The notes under the pieces are model-generated. The model made no database searches and had not been told where the DNA came from. It saw only the letters and a list, made by a program, of their open reading frames with translations. The position numbers were made by a program, and so were the translations under genes. 64,000 nucleotides of DNA, from assembly GCA_016929435.1 (NCBI GenBank), contig JAFGIV010000005.1, positions 23,596-87,595 of the forward strand, written 5' to 3'. Origin of the DNA: Candidatus Uhrbacteria bacterium. Its GTDB lineage: Bacteria > Patescibacteriota > Patescibacteriia > SG8-24. Positions 18,502 through 28,566 of this stretch are shown piece by piece (position 1 is the stretch's first letter; every line of letters begins with the position of its first letter).

Positions 18502-19914
18502 ATGACCAATCATGAGCTTTGGCAGGCGGTATTGGGTGAGCTTGAGCTGAACCTAAGCAAGGCCAACTTCACGACTTGGTTCAGGAATACCGGAATATCC
18601 TCCTTTGGGGACGAGCAGGTGGTCATTAGCGTCCCCAATACCTTCACCAAGGCCTGGTTGGAGAAAAAATACAATGATTCCATCCTGAAATCCATCAGAA
18701 ACGTCAGCGGCAACCAGATAAGGAACTTATCCTATAGGGTCGATGCGCGCCCTGTATCCAAGCAGGTTTCCGAATCCCAGAACCAACAGTCCAATTACGG
18801 GACGCAGACGTCGACGGCCACCGCCATCCGGACCGACGAGAGGGACTTTCCGGAATGCTTTCCGGACACGGCCGCAAAACGGTCCGGTGAGGGGCGGTTG
18901 AACCCCAAATACACCTTTGATACGTTCGTGGTCGGCAAGGGAAACGAGTTGGCCAACGCGGCGGCGGCGGCCGTAGCCGAAAAGCCGGGGATAAAGTACA
19001 ACCCCCTGTTCGTCTATGGCGGTGTCGGACTGGGAAAGACCCATATCCTTCAGGCCATCGGGAACGAGATGACCCGCCATAACCCGGACACCAAGGTGAT
19101 GTACGTCACCTGCGAAAAGTTCACGAACGATTTCATCAGCGCAATCAAACACGGTCACGGCAAGGAATTCAAGGACAACTACCGTAACGTTGACCTCCTT
19201 CTCATAGACGACATCCAGTTCCTCACCGGAAAAGACGGGACACAGGAGGAATTTTTCCATACCTTCAACACGCTCCACGAGGCCAACAAGCAGGTCGTCC
19301 TGACTTCCGATCGCCCGCCGAAACAGATACCTGCCCTTGAACACCGCCTGGTTTCCCGTTTTGAGTGGGGAATGACCGTAGACATATCCAGCCCTGACCT
19401 GGAGACCAGGATCGCCATCCTGGAGACTAAATGCAAGGAAAGGAATTATGACCTTGACCGGGAGATAATCCACCACATTGCCACGGTCATCCAATCGAAT
19501 GTCAGGGAACTGGAAGGGGCACTGAACAAGATAATCGCCTTCCACCAGTTCAAGAACATACGTCCCACGCTTGAGGCGGCCAAATCTCTCCTTTCCAGTT
19601 TTGGGGCGACCCATTCCAAAAAATCCGTTACCCCAAAAACCGTCCTGGACGCCGTCAGCGGATACTTCGACGTCAGTATCCAGGACATGCTCGGTCCAAG
19701 CAGGGAGAAAAAACTGGCCTTTCCCAGGCAGGTGATAATGTTCCTGATGAGGGAGGAGACCAGCATCTCGTACCCCAACATCGGCAAGGAGCTGGGGAAT
19801 CGCGACCACTCGACGGCCATGCACGCCTGCGACAAGATAAGGAAGCAGCTGGAACACGACACCAAACTGCGGCAGGACATTGAGCTTATCCGACAGAGGA
19901 TGTTCAGTGCTTAG
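18502..19914 (+). CDS. dnaA: Chromosomal replication initiator
   Basis: LNPKYTFDTFV.G..N, YNPLFVYGGVGLGKTH, LLIDDIQF, NVRELEGAL and RDHST motifs. Confidence 0.98.
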   Translation: MTNHELWQAVLGELELNLSKANFTTWFRNTGISSFGDEQVVISVPNTFTKAWLEKKYNDSILKSIRNVSGNQIRNLSYRVDARPVSKQVSESQNQQSNYGTQTSTATAIRTDERDFPECFPDTAAKRSGEGRLNPKYTFDTFVVGKGNELANAAAAAVAEKPGIKYNPLFVYGGVGLGKTHILQAIGNEMTRHNPDTKVMYVTCEKFTNDFISAIKHGHGKEFKDNYRNVDLLLIDDIQFLTGKDGTQEEFFHTFNTLHEANKQVVLTSDRPPKQIPALEHRLVSRFEWGMTVDISSPDLETRIAILETKCKERNYDLDREIIHHIATVIQSNVRELEGALNKIIAFHQFKNIRPTLEAAKSLLSSFGATHSKKSVTPKTVLDAVSGYFDVSIQDMLGPSREKKLAFPRQVIMFLMREETSISYPNIGKELGNRDHSTAMHACDKIRKQLEHDTKLRQDIELIRQRMFSA

Positions 19915-20205
19915 GGAACAAGGGGTCGGCTGTTGAAAACCTGTTGAAATGCGGATAAGCTGACGGGATATTGTTCGGTGCGGCGGTAAAACCTAGGCAA
20001 AACCGCCTAAACCGCCAACACTGTTTCCACACCCATGAAAGACCGGACAGGATGTTTCCCCAAAAGATCCATAAAGGCATCCCATGATCCGAACAGGGAT
20101 ACCGATGAAAAAACCGCTTGGCTCAGCCTTTTTCCCCGACCTATCCCCACTTTCCACACCCCTACCGTTACCACTACATAAATTACTAACCCTAGTTGAA
20201 CCGCT
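19915..20205. other. Probable oriC (dnaA-dnaN intergenic region)
   Basis: Degenerate DnaA boxes (TGTTGAAAA, TGCGGATAA, TTTCCACA twice, CTATCCCCA) and an AT-rich tract before dnaN. By eye the + strand changes from C-rich to G-rich near here. Confidence 0.6.
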
Positions 20206-21366
20206 GTGAAATTCTCCTGCACCCAAGAAAACCTGAACCAGGGACTGTCCGTGGTCAGCCACATCGCCGGGAAGAACATCAATCTCCCGATATTGGGCAA
20301 TGTACTGGTTCAGAGCGGTGAGAACCGCATTCTCCGTTTCATGACCACCAACCTGGAGATCGCAATCAACTGCACCGTCCGCGGAAAGGTGGAGGAACCC
20401 GGGGAATTCACCATTCCCTCCAGGCTGTTTTCCGACTACGTTTCCCTGCTTCCCAAGGAAAGGGTGGATGTCGTTCAGGAAGACAATTCGGTAACCGTTT
20501 CCTGCGGGACATACCAGACCAAAATGAATGGGATTCCGGCCTCGGAATTTCCGCTTATCCCGTCCGTCGAAAGGAAACAGAGGTTTCGCCTGAAGGTGGG
20601 GAATTTTCGGCGTTCGGTGGGCCAGGTCCTGTTCGCCGTCGCGCCCAACGAGTCGCGTCCGGAGATTAGCGGTGTCCTTTTCCGTTTTACGTCCGGAAAG
20701 GGAAACCCGAGACTCGTTCTTGCCGCCACGGACAGCTATAGGCTGGCGGAAAAGTCCATTCCCCTTTCCGCGGAAGGTTTTGCGGGCATCGGGGATGACC
20801 TGACGGTCATAGTTCCGTCCCGGACGGTTTCGGAGGTGGTCCGCATCCTGGGCCTTTTCAGGGACGGTATCGGGCTGGATGAGAACCTGGAGATTGGGAT
20901 GGGCGACAACCAGGTGGTTTTCAGCTACGATAACGTCGAGATAACCTCCCGCGTGATTGAGGGCCGTTACCCCGACTATCGCCAGCTGATACCGGAATCG
21001 TGCGAAACAGATTCCGTAATCAGGAAGGATGACCTTCAGAGGGCCGTTAAGACCGCCAGTCTTTTTTCCAAGGTCGGACTGAACGATGTCCGGCTTGAGT
21101 TCAATCAGGACCGGGGAATACACCTCAGTTCGGTCAATTCCCAGACAGGCGAACACGCCGTTGATTTGGAGGGCAAGGTAAAAGGCAAGGATAACGGCGT
21201 TACCCTTAACTTCAAGTATTTTCTTGACGGTATAGGAAACATAGAGAGCGATACGGTCGCCGTTCAGATGGTGGACGGAAACAGCCCGGTGGTTATACGC
21301 CCAGTTTCCGAATCCGGGGATGTTTCCGACGATTACCTTTACATCATCATGCCGATCAGGCAGTAG
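20206..21366 (+). CDS. dnaN: DNA polymerase III beta sliding clamp
   Basis: LPILGNVL, TNLEI, ATDSYRLA, SRVIEGRYPDY and IIMPIR motifs, GTG start. Confidence 0.97.
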   Translation: MKFSCTQENLNQGLSVVSHIAGKNINLPILGNVLVQSGENRILRFMTTNLEIAINCTVRGKVEEPGEFTIPSRLFSDYVSLLPKERVDVVQEDNSVTVSCGTYQTKMNGIPASEFPLIPSVERKQRFRLKVGNFRRSVGQVLFAVAPNESRPEISGVLFRFTSGKGNPRLVLAATDSYRLAEKSIPLSAEGFAGIGDDLTVIVPSRTVSEVVRILGLFRDGIGLDENLEIGMGDNQVVFSYDNVEITSRVIEGRYPDYRQLIPESCETDSVIRKDDLQRAVKTASLFSKVGLNDVRLEFNQDRGIHLSSVNSQTGEHAVDLEGKVKGKDNGVTLNFKYFLDGIGNIESDTVAVQMVDGNSPVVIRPVSESGDVSDDYLYIIMPIRQ

Positions 21367-21438
21367 GAAAAAATCACAGCGAAACAAAACACCCCGATAA
21401 GGGGGTGTTTTGTTTATGGTGATTGGGCCTGCCTATCC

Positions 21439-24291
21439 CTAATTCGTGACCCAAACCGACATCTCTTGCATTTGGACAGTCCCGTCGTTTAGGGTAATTT
21501 TGGCCGTTATCCGGTAGGTTCCGGATTGGGTCGGGGGCCTTTTCCAGGTGAAGGTCAGGTTGGGCAATGCGGGGTTCCTGACGGTACCTATCATTTCCAC
21601 TGTCCCACTGCCGTTACTGACGGCCGATAGGCTGAATTCGGATATTGCCCGGTGTTCATCCAGCCTGATCGTTATGGGGTAGGGGAAGTCGCTCGAATGG
21701 AGTCGGGAATTCTGGTTGAGGTTTAGCCAGTATATCCCTATCGGACCAGGATCGGCGACCAGGTTTATGGTTATTGCCCGGGATTCGTTCCGGTTTCCGA
21801 CGTCATCATAGGCCTTGGCGGTCAGTTGCCTGTAGCCCTTACCGAAACGGTTGGGGACAGTGGCTAACCCGCCGAACGGGGAGGAATCGAATGTCGCCAT
21901 TACCTCGCCGTCCAGAAGGTATTCCACGCTCCTGATGCCCCTGGGAGCCGAGGCCTGGACCGAAAGGTAAACTTGCCTGTCTGTCCACGTGGAACCGTTC
22001 TGGGGGGCAGTTATCGATACCGTAGGGGTGTTTTCCGGGGTGTGAACGTCGTCTTTTTCGGTTGGTGGCGGCCTGAGCGTGATTCCCTCCCTTTCTGCCC
22101 ATGCCGTAACCCCTTCCTCCCACCGGTAATATTGCGGGTCAACGGAAGGGTCGGCCGGCGGTTCCCCCCTGGGGTCACCCCTATCGACAAAATGGAGTAT
22201 GGAATGAGGGGATGAGAATTCCATTTCCTCAACCATGTCCTCCGGCGTGTTTTCCGTTGCCAGCTTTCCGCTGACCTTGTCTATCCTGACCGTCATTGAT
22301 GTGGAAGGTTGGCCGTCCAATACCGGTTTTCCGGTTACCGTTGGCTCGGGCGGAACGAATGCCTCTATAGGCGTGCCTTCCAGGGCCGTTTTCATGAAAA
22401 CGTTCCATATCGGGGCGGCCACCCGGCTGGAATCCGCCCCTGGTTTCATTTCCGTCCCGTTCGAGTTTCCTACCCATACTCCGGACAGGAGGGAAGGGGT
22501 ATATCCGACCGTCCAGGCATCCTTGAACCGGTTGGTGGTTCCAGTTTTGGCGGCTACCGGACGGTTACCGAGTGTCAGGTGGTTGTTTTCCCCGAAGATG
22601 TAGGCCCTGGAGGCGTTATCGGACAGTATGGAGGTTATTTGTCTGGCGGTCTGTGCGGAAACCACCCTCCTGGCCGGGACGGTCTCCGAGTCGTCCAGGA
22701 CAGTCTTTCCGTCCGTGTCCTCCACCCTGACTATCAGTTTGGCCGGTCGAAATTCCCCGTCCTGCGGGAATACGGAAAAGGCGTTGATGTGCTCGAACGG
22801 GTAGACTTCCCCCCCGCCCAGGACCAGGGACAGGCCGAGTCGTCCCGGGTCGTTTAGGGTGGTGTACCCGAACCTCTCTGAATATTCGGCGAAAGCCCTC
22901 ATTCCGACAAGGTATAGGGCCTTCACTGCCGGGATGTTCAGGGATCCGGCCAGGGCCTGTCGGATGGTGACAGGTCCGCGTTCCAAGCCGTCGTAGTTGC
23001 TCGGCCGGTATTCCGTTGAGAATTCCGTGTCCACGTCATAAAGCACGGTATCCGGGGTGTACCCCCTTTCGAAGGCAGCGGCGTAGACGATCGGCTTGAT
23101 GGACGATCCTGGTTGGAGATACCCAAATATGTGGTTGAACTTTCCGTTATGCTCGTCATCGAAATAGTCGGCTGATCCGACCATTGCCATAACCTCGCCG
23201 TTTTTGGGGTTCATGGCCATGAGGGCGGCGTTCGACCCCCCCCACTTCTCAATGTTCTCCATGTTGTCCAAAATCGCCCTTTCCGCCTTTTCCTGCATTC
23301 CGGCATCCAGGGTGGTGATGACCTTCAGACCGCCGGATTCGGCCTGGTCACCGAATTTTTCCGCCAGTATTTCCCGGACCAGGAAAACGAAATGGGGGGC
23401 AATGATGTTGTCTATCCTCGGTTGGAGCCTGGAAAGGACATCGTCCGACTTGGCCCCATCCGCCTCATCCCTTGTCGCCATACCCAACTCGACCATGGTT
23501 TCGATCACGAAATGCGACCGGTCAACCAGCTCCTTGCGGTGGTTTCCGAACGGCGCATAGTAGGTCGATGCCTTCGGGATGGAGGCCAGCAGCGCGGCTT
23601 CTGATAGGGTAAGGTCCAGGGACGGTTTTCCGAAATAGCTTTGGGAGGCCGACTCTATCCCGTAGATCACCGAACCGTAGGGAATCTCGTTAAGGTACAT
23701 TTTCAGGATTTCGTCCTTGGTGAACCGCCTTTCCATCTCTATCGACAGCACCAGTTCCTTAGCCTTCCTGGTGTAGGTTTTTTCCTTGGTCAGCATGGAA
23801 AGCTTCACCAGCTGTTGGGTAATGGTCGATCCGCCCTCGCCGCGGATGGTCCTGTTGAGGGTATTTTTCAGCAATGCCCGCAGGAACCCCTTTACGGAAA
23901 AGCCGTTATGGACGTAGAAATTCCTGTCTTCGGCGGCAATGGTGGCGTTTATGAGGTGGGGGGAGATTCTGTCCAGCCCCACAACCGTCCGTTTCTGGTC
24001 ACCGTGGATCTCGTACAGGACGATTTCCCCGGTCCGGTCGAATATGCGGGTTGTCTGGGGCGGGTTTTGGAATTTGATGTTGTTGGGGTCAGGAAGGTCC
24101 TTGGCCAACCAGGCGAACGTTACGGCAGCGGTCACCAGTCCCGCTAAAGTCATTGCCGCCAATACGGTAACGGCCGTAAGCAGGTAATGCCTGGGGCGTC
24201 GCCCACCCTTTCCGTAGCCCCTTAAGGCAAACCTCCGGGAAAACGTCTTCCGCATCCCCCTGTCGATTATGTTATCCAGTCTTTTTTTCAT
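21439..24291 (-). CDS. Class A penicillin-binding protein (PBP1A family) with C-terminal Ig-like domains
   Basis: EDRNFYVH, GGSTITQQL, YLNEI, SSIK (SxxK), SLN and KTGT motifs, plus a beta-rich C-terminal extension. Confidence 0.93.
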   Translation of the reverse strand: MKKRLDNIIDRGMRKTFSRRFALRGYGKGGRRPRHYLLTAVTVLAAMTLAGLVTAAVTFAWLAKDLPDPNNIKFQNPPQTTRIFDRTGEIVLYEIHGDQKRTVVGLDRISPHLINATIAAEDRNFYVHNGFSVKGFLRALLKNTLNRTIRGEGGSTITQQLVKLSMLTKEKTYTRKAKELVLSIEMERRFTKDEILKMYLNEIPYGSVIYGIESASQSYFGKPSLDLTLSEAALLASIPKASTYYAPFGNHRKELVDRSHFVIETMVELGMATRDEADGAKSDDVLSRLQPRIDNIIAPHFVFLVREILAEKFGDQAESGGLKVITTLDAGMQEKAERAILDNMENIEKWGGSNAALMAMNPKNGEVMAMVGSADYFDDEHNGKFNHIFGYLQPGSSIKPIVYAAAFERGYTPDTVLYDVDTEFSTEYRPSNYDGLERGPVTIRQALAGSLNIPAVKALYLVGMRAFAEYSERFGYTTLNDPGRLGLSLVLGGGEVYPFEHINAFSVFPQDGEFRPAKLIVRVEDTDGKTVLDDSETVPARRVVSAQTARQITSILSDNASRAYIFGENNHLTLGNRPVAAKTGTTNRFKDAWTVGYTPSLLSGVWVGNSNGTEMKPGADSSRVAAPIWNVFMKTALEGTPIEAFVPPEPTVTGKPVLDGQPSTSMTVRIDKVSGKLATENTPEDMVEEMEFSSPHSILHFVDRGDPRGEPPADPSVDPQYYRWEEGVTAWAEREGITLRPPPTEKDDVHTPENTPTVSITAPQNGSTWTDRQVYLSVQASAPRGIRSVEYLLDGEVMATFDSSPFGGLATVPNRFGKGYRQLTAKAYDDVGNRNESRAITINLVADPGPIGIYWLNLNQNSRLHSSDFPYPITIRLDEHRAISEFSLSAVSNGSGTVEMIGTVRNPALPNLTFTWKRPPTQSGTYRITAKITLNDGTVQMQEMSVWVTN

Positions 24292-24303
24292 CTGGTTTGG
24301 CGT

Positions 24304-25242
24304 TTAGGATGCGTTATCGGAAGCCATAATGGCCGCACCGATTACGTTGGCGTCCGTACCCAGCAATGACCGGGTTATCTTGGTTTTCAGCAGGGGGCGG
24401 TAGGGGACGGCTTTGCGAAATTCTGACTTGGCTTCAGCCAGCAGCCCGTGAACCGAATTCAAACCCCCGCCGACGACAATTATCTCCGGGTTGATGACCT
24501 GGGCGATTGCCGCCAGGCCCATACCCAACCAATACCCCGTCTCCAGGATCGATTCCCTGGCGAAAGGATCCCCCTTCCGGGATTTTTCCGAAATTTCCTT
24601 GGGGGTGTTTTCCTGACCGGTCTTTTCCAGGTAGCGGCGGACAATGGCCCTCCCCGAAACCAGTGATTCCAAATGGCCGTTCATTCCGCACGGGCAGGCC
24701 GGCCCGTTTTTTCCGCTGACCGTCATGTGCCCGATTTCCCCGGCCCCGTTGTCGTGGCCGCGGAAAACCGCACCGTTCAGCACGAGACCGCTTCCGACCC
24801 CTGTCCCTATCGTCAGGCCAACCATGTCCCCCAACCCCTTTCCGGCCCCGTGGCAGTGTTCGCCCAAGGCAAAACAGCGGGCATCGTTATCAACGGTTAC
24901 CGGTCGACCGTACCTTTTCCTTACCATTCCGGCGATGTCCGCATTGTCCCATGACTTGGGCAGGTTGGGCCCCCTAATCAGCTTCCCCTTACGGAAATCG
25001 ACCATTCCGGCGATTCCGACCCCAATGGCCGAAGCTTGCCTGTCCCAAACCGAATCAATGGCCTCAAACATCCTGGAAACGGACATTTTTCCAGTTTTGG
25101 GGTCAACAGTCGGGATGGATATCGATTTTAGGACGGTTCCGCGTGAATTTACCAGTCCGGATTTGATTTTGGTTCCCCCGAAATCAACCCCAATAAACAG
25201 TTTTTTGCCCATATTGCGGCCAAAATTAGATTTCTCCTCCAA
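24304..25242 (-). CDS. ROK family sugar kinase (glucokinase-like); start may be the ATG at 25212
   Basis: IGVDFGGTKI, NDA...ALGE, GTGVGSG, GEIGH and CPCG..GHLE motifs. Confidence 0.9.
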   Translation of the reverse strand: MEEKSNFGRNMGKKLFIGVDFGGTKIKSGLVNSRGTVLKSISIPTVDPKTGKMSVSRMFEAIDSVWDRQASAIGVGIAGMVDFRKGKLIRGPNLPKSWDNADIAGMVRKRYGRPVTVDNDARCFALGEHCHGAGKGLGDMVGLTIGTGVGSGLVLNGAVFRGHDNGAGEIGHMTVSGKNGPACPCGMNGHLESLVSGRAIVRRYLEKTGQENTPKEISEKSRKGDPFARESILETGYWLGMGLAAIAQVINPEIIVVGGGLNSVHGLLAEAKSEFRKAVPYRPLLKTKITRSLLGTDANVIGAAIMASDNAS

Positions 25243-25279
25243 GCCTCCCTATATGTCCTATCCTTAATTTATATACAAT

Positions 25280-25366
25280 TTATCCACTATTATCAATAAG
25301 CTTGAATTTGGGGCCTGTTTTGTGGTTTGGGGATAACATGTGGGGCTTATCCATATTTTATCCACA
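25280..25366. promoter_or_regulatory. DnaA-box cluster between the divergent ROK and histidine kinase genes
   Basis: TTATCCACT (25280), TGGGGATAA (25328), TTATCCATA (25347) and TTATCCACA (25358). Confidence 0.6.
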
Positions 25367-25471
25367 CCTTATCTGTTGTTTTTCCTTTAGTCATTCCCTC
25401 CGCAACGGTTGGGGTTTTTTGGAAGGGGACTGGAAACGTCCGAAACGGTATCGTGGTATCATTAATACGCT

Positions 25472-26941
25472 ATGACACCTCAAGTTACCAAAGCCGGTTC
25501 GGTCAGGTTTTTCTTGAAACGAAACTGGCAGGTCATCTATGCCGTCATCCTGATCGTCCTGATTCCCGTAACGGTGGTGACGAACACCTTTTTCATAGTC
25601 AGCCGTTTTCGGAAGACGGTCGATGTTGAGCTCCAGCGGACCGCCCTGATCATCGGAAGGATGGTAAACATCACCGTCCAGGAATCGTTCGGGGACACGG
25701 CGGCCCTCCAGGAGAGGCTAATGACGGTGTCTGAGGCCGTTCCGGAGGTCAGGACAATGGACATACTTTCCCGGGAAGGGGATGACTTTAGGGTGGTCGC
25801 CAGTACGGACAGATCGGCGATCGGAAGGCTGGCGCACGGGCAGCAGAACGTGCTTTCCTGGTACGATACCCGACCGATCGCCTACCTGACCCGGAGCGGG
25901 CGATCGGCCGGCATGGACGACAGGCTTACCGCCCAGGAAACGAGGGGCAGCGAAAGGTTTTGGGGCGTGGTCATGCCCCTGACCGATGCGGACGGCGAGC
26001 GCCAATACCTGCTGTCGGCCAAGATGTCTTTGGGGCTGATGGATAGCCTGGTCCGGTCCAACCTTCTCTGGTCCTATATCTGGCTGGCCATCACCGTCCT
26101 GATGATAATACTGGTTTTGGCCTCCAATACCCGACTGTTCGAATACGCCATCCTGTTCCGGAAACTGAAGGAAGTGGACAAGATGAAGGACGACTTCATT
26201 TCCATGGCTTCCCACGAGCTGAGGGCCCCGATCACCGCCATTCGCGGATACCTTTCCCTTTTTCTGGAGGGCGCCTTCGGGAAGATGGAGGAGAAGCCGA
26301 AGGAGGTCATGAACACCACCCTCCACATCGCCAACCACCTGTCCGGATTGGTGGAGGATCTCCTGGACGTTTCCCGCATCGAGCAGGGTAGGATGGGGAT
26401 GGAATACGAGGACGTTCAGGTGGAGGGCCTGATTACGGAAATAGTCGAGCAGCTTCGTTTCGAGGCCGAAAGGAAAGGGCTGTCTTTCGGCTGTGTCCGG
26501 CCGGAAACCCCGCTTCCGCCCATCCGCATCGACCGTTCCCGGATGAAACAGGTCCTCATCAACATATGTTCCAACGCCATAAAGTACACCCCCAAGGGCA
26601 GCGTGACGGTCACCTCGGTCCTGGACGGAAACGGCAGGGTGGAGATCAGGGTGACCGATACTGGTGTGGGCATGTCTTCGGAAGCCAGGGAGAGGCTGTT
26701 CCAGAAGTTCTATCGGGTTAAGACCGAGGAGACCAGGGATATTCCGGGAACTGGGCTGGGGCTATGGATAACCAAGCAGATCGTGGAGATCATGGGAGGG
26801 AAGGTGTTCGTGGATTCCATTGAGGGGATAGGTACCCAGGCCAGCGTGGTCTTTCCTGTTTCCGGTTCGGTCCGGGATTTAGGGCAGGGGGATGTGGGGG
26901 AAACGGATGTCCCGAAAGGGCCGGATGACGACCTGATCTGA
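25472..26941 (+). CDS. Membrane sensor histidine kinase, no adjacent response regulator
   Basis: Two TM helices, H-box SHELRAP, N-box NAIKYT, G1 DTGVG and G2 GTGLGL. Confidence 0.92.
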   Translation: MTPQVTKAGSVRFFLKRNWQVIYAVILIVLIPVTVVTNTFFIVSRFRKTVDVELQRTALIIGRMVNITVQESFGDTAALQERLMTVSEAVPEVRTMDILSREGDDFRVVASTDRSAIGRLAHGQQNVLSWYDTRPIAYLTRSGRSAGMDDRLTAQETRGSERFWGVVMPLTDADGERQYLLSAKMSLGLMDSLVRSNLLWSYIWLAITVLMIILVLASNTRLFEYAILFRKLKEVDKMKDDFISMASHELRAPITAIRGYLSLFLEGAFGKMEEKPKEVMNTTLHIANHLSGLVEDLLDVSRIEQGRMGMEYEDVQVEGLITEIVEQLRFEAERKGLSFGCVRPETPLPPIRIDRSRMKQVLINICSNAIKYTPKGSVTVTSVLDGNGRVEIRVTDTGVGMSSEARERLFQKFYRVKTEETRDIPGTGLGLWITKQIVEIMGGKVFVDSIEGIGTQASVVFPVSGSVRDLGQGDVGETDVPKGPDDDLI

Positions 26942-27033
26942 TGTTTTGGTATAGGGGCCTGTTTGGCATAAAACGCCCGCCAGCCAAAACGGCTTGCGGG
27001 CACCCTTGTCTTTGTTCCGGCCGGACCGAGGCG

Positions 27034-28092
27034 TCAGCGGGGCGTTTGGGCATGGGGAGCCCTGTCTTTACGCATCAGTTCCCTGGCCGTTTCCCACATC
27101 TCCGGTCGGTCATGCTGCCTTAGCCAGTACCACCACTCCACTCCCCAGAGATAGGCCTCGTCCATACCCATTCTCCTGGCGAACGAGACGTTGGACATTA
27201 GGCGCTTGGGATCCATGATGTCCGTCTGCCTGTCCAGGGGGATGTTCTCGATCGGCCCATCGGTCCACGGTTCGGCCTGGAGCTCGCTGATGATTGTCTT
27301 TCGGACCAGCGGACCGATCGCCTCGGCTCGGTGGCGGTAGGAGTTTGGGGTAACCGGCCAGTACAGGTTACCGAAGTACCGTGACCACACTACCCGGTAG
27401 GTGCTGATCCCAAGGATGTCCGCCAGGCCGGCGGCCCTGACCCAGGTGGAAAGCTCCCCGGATTCCGTGACCATCACCGGGCGGGCGTCAAGGGATTTAA
27501 CCAGCGATATCTCCTGCTTTAGGAAATCGGCATCCGGTTTCGGACATTCCCCGAACGGGAAGAAAGGCTCGTTTTCCACCTGCCAGACTGTGACTGTCGG
27601 GTTGTCGCGGTATCTGATGACCGTAGCCTCCATGGCCTTGAGCAGACGCTGCCGGATCACTTCCTCGGGGAGGTATTTGGCCCATTCCGGAACGTGACAT
27701 TCCGGCCAACGCGGCAGCTTCCGGCCGATCGCCAGGATCACCGTTCCCTGCCGTTTGGATATTTCCTCCAGTTGCCAGTCCAAAACGGAAAAGTCGTAGG
27801 ACCACGGTTCAGGCTCCAGCTCGTCCCAATAGGCCGGTATCCTCCAATGGATTATGCCCAATTCGTCCATCGAGTCGGTAAGGGCGGTTTTCCAGTCCAA
27901 CCCGAGCTGTTCGGCGTAAGGCTTGGAAAAGGTGGCCCCAAAGGTGACCGGCCGCTCCTCCAGACCAAGGTTGAGGGCAATTGCCCTGACCAGCAACAGG
28001 CCAAGGGCCAGGGACAGGAAAAATGCCGTCCAAACCGCTGTCCGCCTCCCTTGCCGAAACCACCCCCTTATTTTTTGTATGGCTCCCCGCAT
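27034..28092 (-). CDS. Membrane-anchored clan GH-A glycoside hydrolase (beta-galactosidase/cellulase-like)
   Basis: YW..LEP....YDF..LD, WQVENEP (acid/base) and ISELQAEPW (nucleophile). Confidence 0.7.
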   Translation of the reverse strand: MRGAIQKIRGWFRQGRRTAVWTAFFLSLALGLLLVRAIALNLGLEERPVTFGATFSKPYAEQLGLDWKTALTDSMDELGIIHWRIPAYWDELEPEPWSYDFSVLDWQLEEISKRQGTVILAIGRKLPRWPECHVPEWAKYLPEEVIRQRLLKAMEATVIRYRDNPTVTVWQVENEPFFPFGECPKPDADFLKQEISLVKSLDARPVMVTESGELSTWVRAAGLADILGISTYRVVWSRYFGNLYWPVTPNSYRHRAEAIGPLVRKTIISELQAEPWTDGPIENIPLDRQTDIMDPKRLMSNVSFARRMGMDEAYLWGVEWWYWLRQHDRPEMWETARELMRKDRAPHAQTPR

Positions 28093-28201
28093 GTCCTGAT
28101 TATATCACGGCGCTTACGGCAATCGCGCCGCTACCCAAAATTCTTGACGGTTTTTCTGGAATCGGGTAACATCCCTATTGTTCGCATAAGTAAGGTATAA
28201 T

Positions 28202-28483
28202 ATGCCAAACAAGAAATCGGCTTCCAAAGCCCTGCGTCAGTCCGAAAAGCGGTCCGTAAGGAACCGCAACGTCAAGGATTCCATCACCTACGGGCGTCGG
28301 ATGCTTCGGAAGGCCATGGAGAGCAATGACATCCCGAAGGCCCAGGAATTGGCCAAAAGTGTCGTTAAGGGAGTGGATAAGGCTGTCCAGAACAAGGTGG
28401 TGAAGAAAAACACCGGCAGCCGAATCAAGTCCCGGACCGTCAAGGCCCTGAATCGCCTGGTTGCGGAACCGAAGGGAAAGTAA
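28202..28483 (+). CDS. rpsT: 30S ribosomal protein S20
   Basis: MPNKKSA.KALRQS.KR..RN and DKAV...V.KKN..SR.KSR. Confidence 0.95.
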   Translation: MPNKKSASKALRQSEKRSVRNRNVKDSITYGRRMLRKAMESNDIPKAQELAKSVVKGVDKAVQNKVVKKNTGSRIKSRTVKALNRLVAEPKGK

Positions 28484-28566
28484 GCAAAAGCCGGAATCGG
28501 CGCACGTGCCTGTGCCCCGTTGCCGAAAGGCGGCGGGGTTTGCTTTTGGTGTTTTTCGTAACCCCC

